A stretch of DNA of 64,000 bases from Candidatus Culexmicrobium cathedralense (GCA_025061115.1 JANZKC010000001.1:96001-160000); one strand, 5' to 3'. Positions 17,865-27,970 are shown, counted from the stretch's first letter. Notes: a model not told the origin generated them from the sequence alone. Program-made: numbers and translations.

Positions 17865-19325
17865 TTAAGCCAGCCTCTTATGCATATATGGGCTGTTGGG
17901 AAGCCTCCTATACCCAAATCTCCTATAATAATCTCTAACGCCAATTCCTGAAAGAACTAGCATGCGGCTTCTATCATACTCTTCTAAAGCCACCCTTTCA
18001 GCTTCAGCCAGAAGCTTGGTCCCCCAACCTCTATGCTGCCACTCAATCACCGGCTTCAAACCCACAGGCAACTGAGGGCCGTAAACGTGCAACTCCCGTA
18101 TAATTGCAGTCTTCGAATTCACCTCTCTTCTATGAGCTCTATCAGAAGGTATTCTTAACCTCAAAAAGCCTATTAGAATGTCTTGAACTACATCCTCAAA
18201 TGAGAGGAATATTTCAATTCCACCACTAGCCTCATAGGAAATTTTAAGCAGCCTTATGTTCTCAAGCTTTGGAACCAAGCCCTTCTTAAGCATTACATGT
18301 CCAACTTCACGGCACCTTATACAACTGCACTTCAAACCCCTTCTTTCAAGTTCCCAATGAACTAATTGCCTTAGATGCCCCTTATCAACTCCAGCTTCAA
18401 CAACGTTCACCGGAATATCCCTTTGAATTCTCTGAATTCTAACCCACCTTGGAATCTTAGGCAAAATTTTTACTAGAAATTCTATTGCATCCCCAGTCGT
18501 CATCGGCTTATAATCGCCTCTCAACCACATATCATAAAGCTTTGTCCCCTTAACTACAATTGTAGGATAGATTTTGAGCATGTCCGGCATAAAGTTTGGA
18601 TCACTAAAAATTACATTGAAAACCTCCTCATCCATGCTTAGGTCGCTTCCAGGGAGCCCCGGCATGATGTGATAGCAAACCTTGAATCCCGAATCCTTCA
18701 AAATCCTCGTTGCTTCAATGGTGTCCTCAACCGTATGCCCTCTTTCAAGACGAGATAACACCTCCTCAAAAACTGTTTGCACTCCAATTTCAACTCTTGT
18801 TCCTCCTAGGCGAAGCATTCTGTCAGCTTGTGCCTCCTTCGCCCAGTCAGGCCTAGTTTCAAATGTCATTCCGACGCATCTTATCTTTGCATGCTCGTTT
18901 CTCTTCTGAGCGCTTTCAAGGCTAATCCACCTTTTGGGCTTATCCCTAGGATACCTGTTCATGGCTTCAAGACACATAGTTACGAACCACTCTTGATAGT
19001 CAAGTGGAGTTGCCGGAAACGTTCCGCCCATAATTATTAGCTCAACTTTTGATGGCGTATGCCCGAGAAGCTCATATTGGCTTAGTCGAACTTTAACCTG
19101 CTCATAGGGATCATAATTACACATCTGCGCTCTCATCAATGCAGGCTCTTTACCATAATAGCTTTGCGGAGTACCATAATTCGGACCTCCAGGACAATAA
19201 ATGCATCTACCATGCGGGCAGGGGTATGGCTTAGACATTACTGCAACTACAGTTACCCCTGAAATAATTCTGACAGGCTTCCTCCTAGACCTTAAAAGCC
19301 TCTGTATGTTTTTGGCATCCAACAA
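17865..19325 (-). CDS. elp3: Elp3 tRNA U34 acetyltransferase (radical SAM + GNAT)
   Basis: CPHGRCIYCPGG, QSY.G.EP, ETRPD, RIQRDIP, IRCRE, RELHVYG and QHRG.G motifs. Confidence 0.97.
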   Translation of the reverse strand: MLDAKNIQRLLRSRRKPVRIISGVTVVAVMSKPYPCPHGRCIYCPGGPNYGTPQSYYGKEPALMRAQMCNYDPYEQVKVRLSQYELLGHTPSKVELIIMGGTFPATPLDYQEWFVTMCLEAMNRYPRDKPKRWISLESAQKRNEHAKIRCVGMTFETRPDWAKEAQADRMLRLGGTRVEIGVQTVFEEVLSRLERGHTVEDTIEATRILKDSGFKVCYHIMPGLPGSDLSMDEEVFNVIFSDPNFMPDMLKIYPTIVVKGTKLYDMWLRGDYKPMTTGDAIEFLVKILPKIPRWVRIQRIQRDIPVNVVEAGVDKGHLRQLVHWELERRGLKCSCIRCREVGHVMLKKGLVPKLENIRLLKISYEASGGIEIFLSFEDVVQDILIGFLRLRIPSDRAHRREVNSKTAIIRELHVYGPQLPVGLKPVIEWQHRGWGTKLLAEAERVALEEYDRSRMLVLSGIGVRDYYRRFGYRRLPNSPYMHKRLA

Positions 19326-19345
19326 TTTCGCACCACACTACTAAA

Positions 19346-20074
19346 TTATAAACAGCAATTTGAAGATGTCGGAGCTTTCACTCCAATTACAACATGATTT
19401 TCAGCGAAAAATCTCGATTTGAAGCTTTTACCATAAACCTTGATTACTTTAAATCCAGCCTCCCCAACCGTTTGAACAGCTTCTCTCCTCGAAAATAAGT
19501 GATAAAATCTATGAAATGTCCCTTTTCTAGACCTCCACGGAACATAAGTATCTCCGAATTCCCTGACTTTACCAGTAACGTATTTCCACAGCATGGCCGG
19601 AATTTTACTGAAAAATCGCGGTTGATATTTAGCCCACACGCTTAATACAAGCATTCCATTAGGCTTCAACGCTCTAAAAATCTCATTTAAAGCGGCGATC
19701 CTCGCACTTTTTGATGGTATGTGATGAATAGTAGCTAGACAAGCCGCACCATCGATGACCTCACCTCTTAATGGCATAAAATTCATATCGCAAAGAATTG
19801 GATGTAACAAGTACGATTTACCAATAACCCTAGACTTGTTAAGAGCTATTCTTAACATATCACGCGATAAGTCTATAGCTAAAACTTCGGATCCACATTC
19901 AATTGCAGCTATAGCATGTCTTCCTGAGCCGCACCCCACATCTGCAATTAATTGATCCTTTTTAGCTATTAGGTAAATTTCATCCCAAGGTCTACGCCTA
20001 GTTGCATCGAATTCTCTTGAAATTTCATTGAAAATCATCATTAAATGCCGCTTAACTCTAAATAGATCATTCAC
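19346..20074 (-). CDS. Trm9/ALKBH8-like tRNA carboxymethyluridine methyltransferase
   Basis: FNEIS.EFDATR.RPW, DVGCGSGR, ATIHHI...R, L.VW and RFYHLF resemble Trm9 motifs; the gene is adjacent to elp3. Confidence 0.75.
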   Translation of the reverse strand: MNDLFRVKRHLMMIFNEISREFDATRRRPWDEIYLIAKKDQLIADVGCGSGRHAIAAIECGSEVLAIDLSRDMLRIALNKSRVIGKSYLLHPILCDMNFMPLRGEVIDGAACLATIHHIPSKSARIAALNEIFRALKPNGMLVLSVWAKYQPRFFSKIPAMLWKYVTGKVREFGDTYVPWRSRKGTFHRFYHLFSRREAVQTVGEAGFKVIKVYGKSFKSRFFAENHVVIGVKAPTSSNCCL

Positions 20075-20077
20075 GAG

Positions 20078-20641
20078 TTAGCGTCCTCCCCAAAATTTTT
20101 CTCCAAGTCTAGACATGATTAGCGGAGCTGAAGCCAATGATCCTATCAAAATGAAGTATATTGAGGCACTTCTAACTCGCATTATTGGTATATTTCGTTT
20201 AGTTATCTTAATTCTGTAATCAACGGTCGCTATGCCTGAAAGCTCATTTGAAATCACGATTATTAACCTAACAGTTTGCTCGAAATTCACCTCACCAGAG
20301 TACGGCGAATCACCTTCAAATATCGCATTAAGCTGCCCAAGTGAATCCTTAATTTCACTAATATTGCATCGCCCACCAAGAAGGGGCGGCTCTAATATAA
20401 TGTCAGAGCTAGCAGTTACAATGTATATTTTAAGCCCATAACCTCGCACTTCAATTTCTATTTTATCCAATGGACTAAATATTTGAGAGCATATGACTTC
20501 TCCTTCCCCAACTATTAAGCTACTTGAGCCTGTGAACTCTGATGTGCTAAAGGGTATTTCTATCATGCTTGATGAGTAAAGCACTAAGCCAACTGTAAGT
20601 AGTATTAAACCTAATCTGCCGATGAAGTAGAGGATCCTCAT
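20078..20641 (-). CDS. Hypothetical membrane protein (N- and C-terminal TM helices), ABC-operon associated
   Basis: Hydrophobic termini; overlaps the stop of the upstream permease. Confidence 0.7.
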   Translation of the reverse strand: MRILYFIGRLGLILLTVGLVLYSSSMIEIPFSTSEFTGSSSLIVGEGEVICSQIFSPLDKIEIEVRGYGLKIYIVTASSDIILEPPLLGGRCNISEIKDSLGQLNAIFEGDSPYSGEVNFEQTVRLIIVISNELSGIATVDYRIKITKRNIPIMRVRSASIYFILIGSLASAPLIMSRLGEKFWGGR

Positions 20642-21453
20642 GTAGGCTCAAACCTCCTAATAAAATGTAAAGCAACAGCTGCAAGAACTCCAATTGAGAT
20701 GGCATAGTGAGCTATAAGGTACACCGCTGATTCTTCAAAGGTTAATGTTGGCAGATGAATGAAAGGAAGAAGAGACCCTCCAAAGTGAGAGGCAAAAGCA
20801 AAGAGAGGCTCAAGAATGAATAGAGCAACTTGATACTCATATCTTCTTGTTGTGCCCGCGAAGTAAAGCATTGCAATCTCGAGAATTGCAATGGCAAAAT
20901 ACAATGCAACCCCCATGCCAAGAGATGCGCCTCCTCTCTTAATTAAAAGTGAAGCTGCAACGACAATGGCTCCAAAAAGAATGCAGGGACCAGTGACCGA
21001 TAAAATTAGAAGAAGCAATTGAAAGCCGTAAAGATTGAAGACTTCTGGATATAATAAGTATGAAGCTAGCAGCAGCGTCAAGGTGAAGTATGTGAATGGA
21101 ATAAGAATGCAAGTCAAAATTTTAACGATAAATATATCCAAGCGCTTCAATGGGTACGTGAGGTAAGTTTGCATCAAGCCCTTCTCCACTTCACCTGCAA
21201 ATCCAAAAGCAATGTTCTTAGCCATTAAAATATTAGTTATAAACTTAGGCAGAACTGTTGAAAAGTACAGATATATGAGAAAAATCGTCATACCGCCTAT
21301 ACCACCAATATGGGGTATAGCCGAAACGATAAGGAAAAAGGCATACAATGCAGCGTAAAGCTCAGCCATTGGAAACCTGTAGGCTGAAGAAAGATCTATT
21401 GATAAAAGCTCTAGTAGAGCTTTAAGCCTACTATAGCCAGCTTTAACCTCCAT
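20638..21453 (-). CDS. ABC-2 type exporter permease
   Basis: GEVEKG....LTYP..R.....K motif and about 6 TM helices. Confidence 0.88.
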   Translation of the reverse strand: MEVKAGYSRLKALLELLSIDLSSAYRFPMAELYAALYAFFLIVSAIPHIGGIGGMTIFLIYLYFSTVLPKFITNILMAKNIAFGFAGEVEKGLMQTYLTYPLKRLDIFIVKILTCILIPFTYFTLTLLLASYLLYPEVFNLYGFQLLLLILSVTGPCILFGAIVVAASLLIKRGGASLGMGVALYFAIAILEIAMLYFAGTTRRYEYQVALFILEPLFAFASHFGGSLLPFIHLPTLTFEESAVYLIAHYAISIGVLAAVALHFIRRFEPT

Positions 21454-22393
21454 TTGAAGCCACCCTCTTGTAAAGCTCTTCTAATGAAGCTGCCTTCAAG
21501 TCGACGCCGAAAAGCTTAACTCCCGCCTTTCTTGCAGCTTCAGCTACATCAGAGTAGAAGTGCTGCTCATATCCCTCCTTAACTTTCACTAAAACTTCAA
21601 TTCTAGTCATGCTTATCTGCTCAACATAGGGTAATTTAACTAGTTCTGCTACTAGCTTCCTAGGATCATTAGATGAAACTCTAAACATGGCTAAACCAAA
21701 CTGCTTAAATAGCTCGTCTAGGCTACCCTCGGCTTTTATCTCCCCCTCATGTATAAAAGCAACCCTATCACAAACCCTGGCAAGCTCTGGTAAAATATGA
21801 GAAGAAACTATGAAATCAACATCCTCCTCATCTCTCATCTTCCTCATTAAACTCAAGAAGTTTAATCTAGCAAGCGGATCCAAATTCGACGTAGGCTCAT
21901 CAGCAATGACCAACTTTGGCTTATGCACCAACGCCTGAGCAAGCCCAAGCCTTTGAAGCATACCTGCGGACAAGCCCCTAATTAATCTCGATTTCACTTC
22001 AAGCAACCCCACCAGCTTTAACACTTCCATAACTCGACGCTTAGGATTTTCAACGCCATAAATTCTCGCCACATGAAGCAAATACCTCTCGCAGGAAACA
22101 TAAAGAGGATACGCTAGCTCCTCATGCAAAACTCCAACCAAAACTTTAACCTTAGGATTATCCCAGGGATTTTCACCAAAAAGCTTGACTTCACCCTCAT
22201 CAGGCTTCAACAATCCTAATATAATTCTAAGAGCAGTAGTTTTACCTGCACCATTAGGGCCAATCAACCCGAAAAAAGAGTTTTTCGGTATGGTTAATGT
22301 TAAGCCTTTAAGTGCAACTACGTTGCCAAACCTCTTAACTAAACCTTTACACTCAACGACATTCATAATGCTGCCCTCATCGAGAAACATCAA
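21443..22393 (-). CDS. ABC transporter ATP-binding protein
   Basis: GPNGAGKT, LSAGM, DEPT and SSH motifs. Confidence 0.95.
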   Translation of the reverse strand: MMFLDEGSIMNVVECKGLVKRFGNVVALKGLTLTIPKNSFFGLIGPNGAGKTTALRIILGLLKPDEGEVKLFGENPWDNPKVKVLVGVLHEELAYPLYVSCERYLLHVARIYGVENPKRRVMEVLKLVGLLEVKSRLIRGLSAGMLQRLGLAQALVHKPKLVIADEPTSNLDPLARLNFLSLMRKMRDEEDVDFIVSSHILPELARVCDRVAFIHEGEIKAEGSLDELFKQFGLAMFRVSSNDPRKLVAELVKLPYVEQISMTRIEVLVKVKEGYEQHFYSDVAEAARKAGVKLFGVDLKAASLEELYKRVASNGG

Positions 22394-22846
22394 CTAATAA
22401 TATACCTCAATCAGTATGGTACGCGCTCCTCCTTAATAGCTTTTTGAATCTGCTTTAAATTGGAATGAAAAGCTTAATGTTTAGCAGTAAAACTCTAATA
22501 AAGCATTTATATCAAATACAGTTAATTTAATCTCGCACCTTTCAAAATATTTGATAATAGAAATTTCAATGCAATTTAATTGGAAAGCTACTAGCAAACT
22601 TAAGCAAGAGCTATGTCAAGCATCCAATTAAGCATGCATTGAGGAGAAGGTCTTAAAGGATGAATGAGTTTAAAGCACCTCAATGCAGTTAAATGCTTCA
22701 CTGCAATATGTGGCATTTATTGAGCGTGCACATAGGCTACTTCTATTAAATTCAAGAGTACAATTAATTATCCAGGTAATAGTCGAAATCAATTTCAACC
22801 CACAAAATTATTTTGTTAGTAATAAAACTAATTTACATGATAAATA

Positions 22847-23371
22847 ATGGAACGCAAAATCGTTAAAAGCAAATACTTTATTTTTGCAGCATATGTTGGA
22901 GCGCTTATAGGCGTTCTAGCAGGCATTTTAACTATCATAGAAATGCTCATAATCAAAGCTTTAATTTCACCATCAAGAGAAGAAGGGATATTCATCTTGG
23001 CATGCATTTTAGCTCCAATCACTGAAGAAGTTTTAAAGCCAATTGGACTCATATCTTTTAGGCGCCATGCAAATCATATGCACCTAAAAGACTGGGCCGT
23101 TCTAGGCTCATTTATAGGAGTAGGATTTGCAGCTCTAGAAAATGCAATCTATTTCATGTCAGCATTATTGACTGGAGGTAAAGCTCTTGCAATAGCAACA
23201 GCCATATTCAGGACATTCACAACCTTACCGATGCACGCACTTACATCCACCATTTCAAGTTTAGGTTTTGGACTTTGGTTTTCTCTGAGAAAACCTCTTG
23301 CCATCCCAGTATTCTATGTTATTTCCATAGTAATTCACAGCACTTTTAACTTTGCCATAATTGCCATTTAG
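22847..23371 (+). CDS. PrsW-family glutamic-type intramembrane protease
   Basis: EEVLK, GFAALEN, R......H and H..FN motifs. Confidence 0.88.
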   Translation: MERKIVKSKYFIFAAYVGALIGVLAGILTIIEMLIIKALISPSREEGIFILACILAPITEEVLKPIGLISFRRHANHMHLKDWAVLGSFIGVGFAALENAIYFMSALLTGGKALAIATAIFRTFTTLPMHALTSTISSLGFGLWFSLRKPLAIPVFYVISIVIHSTFNFAIIAI

Positions 23372-23560
23372 CTCACCTAATTTTGCTTTTCGAACAATTT
23401 CAGCAATATCAGAATAATGGTCTGCGCCACCAACTATAACTCCCTTACTTACTTTAACCCTCCTACCACACCTAAAACACATAAAGGTCTTGACCTTGCA
23501 TGAAATAGCTCTATAGTCGCCGCAATACGGACATTTCACTGCTAAGTAACGGGGCCGCAT
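23261..23560 (-). CDS. Zn-ribbon protein (DUF1922-like)
   Basis: CPYC...KTFMCFRCG. Its 3' end overlaps the convergent PrsW gene by about 110 nt. Confidence 0.65.
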   Translation of the reverse strand: MRPRYLAVKCPYCGDYRAISCKVKTFMCFRCGRRVKVSKGVIVGGADHYSDIAEIVRKAKLGELNGNYGKVKSAVNYYGNNIEYWDGKRFSQRKPKSKT

Positions 23561-24040
23561 TGCTCCAATCACAAAATTTCATAATAGATCACATATTTAA
23601 ATTGCAACTAACCTCTTCAACAAGAATGTTTAGGATTATTAAAATCATCACGGAAGAAGAATCGGCATATTATATTCACATCAAGATTACTCGCTGAAAT
23701 TTCAAGATTAAAACCCTAGCTCATATAGAAGTTAGCATCCACATCAATAAGTTAAACTCTAAAAAGCAAGTATAAAATTAAGATACTTTAAGTTATAAAT
23801 GGATTTAGATTATAAAAACTTTAATAAAAAACAAAAAATCAGATAATAGTTATCATCAATGCTAAAATTAGCAGCAATTAGTAGAAAGGTAAAAATGATG
23901 ACAATCAGCCACACTCATTTGAAAATTCTAACGCTGAAATAAATGCAAGTTAAATCACTAATCTTAAATCAAAAATAATTTTTAAATTTTTTATGCGTAA
24001 AACTAATTAATAATAATTAACATACAATTTTTCACAAAGC

Positions 24041-24844
24041 ATGGTGATGAATTTGGAAAAATACGTTCCCAAAGATGTCATGAGCTTTGTAAGCTTACCA
24101 AAAAGAAAGTTGGCTGAATTCATGGTTAAGTTGAAAAACGTTCCTGGGGCATTGGCTGAAACTTCAGATCTTCTATTTAGGTATGGAGTGAACATTTTAA
24201 CTGGTATGCATATAGTTACGGATCCTGAATTTGGATATTGGATATTCTTTGCAGATTTTACTCGTGCTAGGGAAAAAACAAGTCAAGTTGCCAAAGAATT
24301 GCGGAGCCTCGATAAAGTTCTAGACGTAAAGTATGAGGAAGCTGAAAACTTCATCGTCGAGAGCTTCCTCTACCCTGTGATGTCATGGGACTGGCGATTT
24401 GTAATCATGAATGCTGAAAGGCTAAGTGCAAGCTTTACCAGAATAAAGGAGCTTCTGGGAAGCGGCGCTGCAACAATTCTATTTTATCAGGGGTTTGAGT
24501 ATGGAGCAAATCTAGCTTATTGGATAAAAGAGTCAATGGACAACATAATAAATCCAAAAGAATTACTTGAAGTTATAGTGAAAATCTACAGGACAAATGG
24601 CTGGGGAGATGCAGAAATATCTAAGATGGACCTAAATAGCAAGGAATGCATAGTAAAAGTTTACAACTGCTTTGAAACGCTAAGTAGTGCAGTCGACACC
24701 ATGAATACTACCTGCGACTTCAATCGAGGATTTTGGAGCGGTGTATTCACAAAAATCCTCCAAACAAGAATGAAAGCTGAAGAAATTAAATGCGCTGGAA
24801 AGGGAGATGAACACTGCGAATTCGTGATAAAGCCTTGGACATAA
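24041..24844 (+). CDS. ACT + V4R domain protein
   Basis: ACT motif NVPGALA...GVNI and V4R motif GWG...NCFE...CDF.RG...E.KC...GDEHCEF. Confidence 0.88.
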   Translation: MVMNLEKYVPKDVMSFVSLPKRKLAEFMVKLKNVPGALAETSDLLFRYGVNILTGMHIVTDPEFGYWIFFADFTRAREKTSQVAKELRSLDKVLDVKYEEAENFIVESFLYPVMSWDWRFVIMNAERLSASFTRIKELLGSGAATILFYQGFEYGANLAYWIKESMDNIINPKELLEVIVKIYRTNGWGDAEISKMDLNSKECIVKVYNCFETLSSAVDTMNTTCDFNRGFWSGVFTKILQTRMKAEEIKCAGKGDEHCEFVIKPWT

Positions 24845-24898
24845 ATTATAAGCAACTAATAGAGAACCTAAATATTCCACGCACCATTAAAATAAAGC

Positions 24899-25765
24899 TT
24901 GATGACTAAAGAGCCCATAATGTTAAAAGCTGCTAGAAAAATCATGAAAGAGGAAGACGCCAAAAACGTCATTAAAGGCATAGATATTATTGGAGACATA
25001 GCAGTAATTAAGGTTCCACATAAACTTATGGATAAGCGATTTGAACTAGCTAAAGCATTACTTGAAACTATTCCAAACATAAGAGTTGTTTTAAGAAAAG
25101 CTTCGATCATCAGTGGATTGCATAGACTTATGGAGTTGGAGTGGCTTGCAGGAGAGAAGCGCTTTGAGACGACATACAGAGAGCATGGATGCATATTTAA
25201 AGTCGACTTAAGAAAAACATTCTTTACTCCACGATTATCAGGCGAGAGAATTAGAATCGCAAAGAAAGTCAAAGATGGAGAAGTAATAGTAAACATGTTT
25301 GCAGGAATTGGCACCTACTCAATAATAATTGCAAAACATGCAAATCCTCAAAAAATACTCTCCATAGACATTAATCCTCACGCATACAACCTCATGAAGA
25401 TTAACATTAATTTAAACAAAGTTGAGGATAAAGTAATTCCATTGCTTGGAGACGCTAGAGATATAGTACTTGAGAAGTGCGTTAACCTAGCCAACAGAGT
25501 ACTCATGCCACTACCCAAATTATCTATAGAGTATTTACCATACGCTGTTAAGGCATTAGAAAACGCCCGCGGATGGGTACATCCATACGAATTCATAAAG
25601 GCAGATAAAAGCGAAAACCCGGTAAAAAAGGCAGCTAAAAAATATGCTGAAAAACTAAATGAGATCGGAGTTAAATTTAACATAGCCTACGGCCGTACAG
25701 TAGGTGAAGTTGCACCTAGAAAATATAGGGTTGTGCTAGACATTAAAATTGAAGGATTCAAATAG
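24899..25765 (+). CDS. trm5: aTrm5/Met-10+ family tRNA-37 methyltransferase (aTrm5a/Taw21-22 subfamily possible)
   Basis: DIIGDIA, E.G..FKVD...FF.PRL..ER, MFAGIG, DINP.A and MPLP motifs; the D1 domain is absent. Confidence 0.8.
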   Translation: MMTKEPIMLKAARKIMKEEDAKNVIKGIDIIGDIAVIKVPHKLMDKRFELAKALLETIPNIRVVLRKASIISGLHRLMELEWLAGEKRFETTYREHGCIFKVDLRKTFFTPRLSGERIRIAKKVKDGEVIVNMFAGIGTYSIIIAKHANPQKILSIDINPHAYNLMKININLNKVEDKVIPLLGDARDIVLEKCVNLANRVLMPLPKLSIEYLPYAVKALENARGWVHPYEFIKADKSENPVKKAAKKYAEKLNEIGVKFNIAYGRTVGEVAPRKYRVVLDIKIEGFK

Positions 25766-25805
25766 ATGAACTAGACCATCATTAACATAAAATTGAAAAT
25801 ATAAC

Positions 25806-26174
25806 TCAAGCCCTTGAACCTGGAAGAAAAAGCCTATAAACTATGCTTATAAACTTGCTCAATAAGCTTCTTAAAGTCTTCTTCCGATCATCCGCAGAAA
25901 TTTCCCCCTTAACGATTAAGTCGCGCAAGACCTCACCAGCACTTACACCTGCATAAGCTTGAATCTTCCGAATCAAGAGCATTAATTCACTCTTAGTGGC
26001 GTAATCTATGGGCTCACCTTTCTCCCCATTAAATTTCCATCTCTCATATAAATCATCATTCAACCTTGAGACTTCAGAGTCATTGTAAAATGCAGCCATA
26101 GCCCAGACATTTGACTCTAAATATATTTTGTGAAGGTCAATGAAGCGCTTCTTTAATTCATTTGAACTGCTCAA
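25806..26174 (-). CDS. Hypothetical protein
   Basis: 122-aa ORF with a TTG start after GGTG and a possibly amphipathic C-terminus. Confidence 0.6.
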   Translation of the reverse strand: MSSSNELKKRFIDLHKIYLESNVWAMAAFYNDSEVSRLNDDLYERWKFNGEKGEPIDYATKSELMLLIRKIQAYAGVSAGEVLRDLIVKGEISADDRKKTLRSLLSKFISIVYRLFLPGSRA

Positions 26175-26278
26175 TCAAAGCACCGTGAAATATTATGTGA
26201 TCCAACTAATAACATTGGCGCTATTAAATCTCACAACAAGCTATATTACGTATTTTCTGTAAATTAATTTAACATGAA

Positions 26279-26896
26279 ATGCACAGCAAGAGCATAGTTA
26301 GTATGGGCGTCGACTTGGCAGGAAGTGAAAGTAGGCCGACGGGCCTCTGCATATTAATTAATAACCTGGTTAGAGTCTACACAGTTCGCAGAGATCAAGA
26401 AATAATTCAAAAAGCTTTAAGCGTAAAGCCCGACGTGATAGCCATTGACGCTCCACTAGCACTACCTAAAGGTAAAAACTTGAACTCAAAAAACTGCATA
26501 CGAGAATGCGATAAAGCCCTTAGAAAAATGGGAATAAAATTTTTCCCAATCAATTTTGGAGGAATGAGAAAGCTAACCATTAGGGGAATTAGGCTGAGAG
26601 AAATTCTTATAAAATTAGGATTTGACGTTATTGAAACATACCCTGGAGCAGCTCAAGACATACTTGGACTTCCAAGAGCTAAAAGAAATTTAGAGGGGCT
26701 CAGGCTTGGGCTAATAAAAATGTTCAATTTGAAGGGAGATATCATTAAAAGTGTAACTAAGCATGAAGCTGATGCAATCACGTGCGCAATAGTAGGTAGG
26801 CTTTACTTGGAAGGAAAATATTTAGCCTTGGGAGATTCAAGTGAAATACTAATGATACTTCCAAACCTATCTATAGCAAATCAATCAATAAAATAA
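26279..26896 (+). CDS. DUF429 RNase H-fold predicted nuclease
   Basis: GVDLAG, AIDAPL, RECD, IETYPG and HE.DA motifs. Confidence 0.88.
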   Translation: MHSKSIVSMGVDLAGSESRPTGLCILINNLVRVYTVRRDQEIIQKALSVKPDVIAIDAPLALPKGKNLNSKNCIRECDKALRKMGIKFFPINFGGMRKLTIRGIRLREILIKLGFDVIETYPGAAQDILGLPRAKRNLEGLRLGLIKMFNLKGDIIKSVTKHEADAITCAIVGRLYLEGKYLALGDSSEILMILPNLSIANQSIK

Positions 26897-26948
26897 CATT
26901 AATAATATTAAACAAAATTAAATATAATTAAGAATATAAATGAAAAGC

Positions 26949-27970
26949 TCAAATTTTTAAACCAAGTAAAATTGCAATGAATATTGAAGATGCAAGAACA
27001 TCAGCTGTGGAACCTGGATTCAAGCCTTCAACTGCAAGGTCATTATCAAAAGCTATTAGAGCCTTTCTCCCCTCACTAGTTGCTAATCCACCTAAATCCA
27101 AAATTTTTCTAGCACGATCTGAAACTTCCATCGCTCTCTCAAGCCCAATCTCAACAGCTTTGACTATATCATCAGTGTATTTTAATCCAACTTTCCTCGC
27201 AATTAAAGTGTCAGGCCGAATTGAAAGTAACTTTAAAAACGTATTAACAATAGCTACGTTGATATCTCCGATTTGATCATAAAAGTTGATTAATGCTGGA
27301 TAGCCAATTTTAAAGGCAGTTTCCAGCCCATTCACCAACTCCCAAGCAACAATATCCCAGCCTGAAGCAAACTTCATCACGTCGTAAAGGGTCAGGTTCC
27401 GCTGAATAATTCTATTCTTGAAATCGTCATTCATTAAGTCAGGCATATATTCATGCTTAACTTGGCCCATCCCTCCAGGCTCTGCAATTCTTATAGCTAC
27501 ACAAGCTTCAATCGCATCGTCACAGGTAGTAGCCTTTACAATGCGCACGTAGTTTCTTTGCAAATCTGTAACTGAAAATCTCCGCGATCCACAATGCACA
27601 TCCCAGCTGAAATAGCCAATGGGGTGAACAGCATTATAATTCCAAGGTGCGTATTACCGCCCTTATGCCAACATTTCACATCTTCAACTGCTCTCCTCCA
27701 TAGTGAGCCTACGCCAACTTCGCTTAACCCTATTTCTCCTAATGCAACATTCATTCCAATTGTAGCTGCCCTTCTCATTGTAGGACCTATAGCTATTGAG
27801 CCTGCAATGAAATGTTCGAAGCGAGTGTCATGAAAATCACGCAGCCTATGAACATTACCAGGTTTTGGGTAGCCGCATACTTCAAGACAGGAGGCTAGTT
27901 GCGCTGCCCTCATGATGTCGTCTGCCTTCTTACTAAACTCCGAGCAGGAGGTTACTTTGCGCTTCGACAT
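26949..27970 (-). pseudogene. CitG-like triphosphoribosyl-dephospho-CoA synthase family protein with a 1-nt frameshift at 27575-27578
   Basis: LEV...PKPGNVHR, NTHLG, PDTLIARK and NPGSTAD motifs. One extra T in the minus-strand TTTT run joins the two ORFs (...RGDF-SVTDLQ...). Confidence 0.85.

Noticed and set aside
22630-22698. The hairpin as an archaeal SECIS element
   Set aside because: The GAA is not followed by the expected G-C pairs, and no in-frame TGA selenoprotein gene is adjacent.
23261-23371. 111-nt convergent overlap between the PrsW and Zn-ribbon genes as an antisense system
   Set aside because: Most simply explained by stop-codon loss extending a non-conserved tail.
23580-24040. 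Long AT-rich gap as a replication origin or CRISPR leader
   Set aside because: No ORB-like G-string repeats, no cdc6 and no direct-repeat array are visible.
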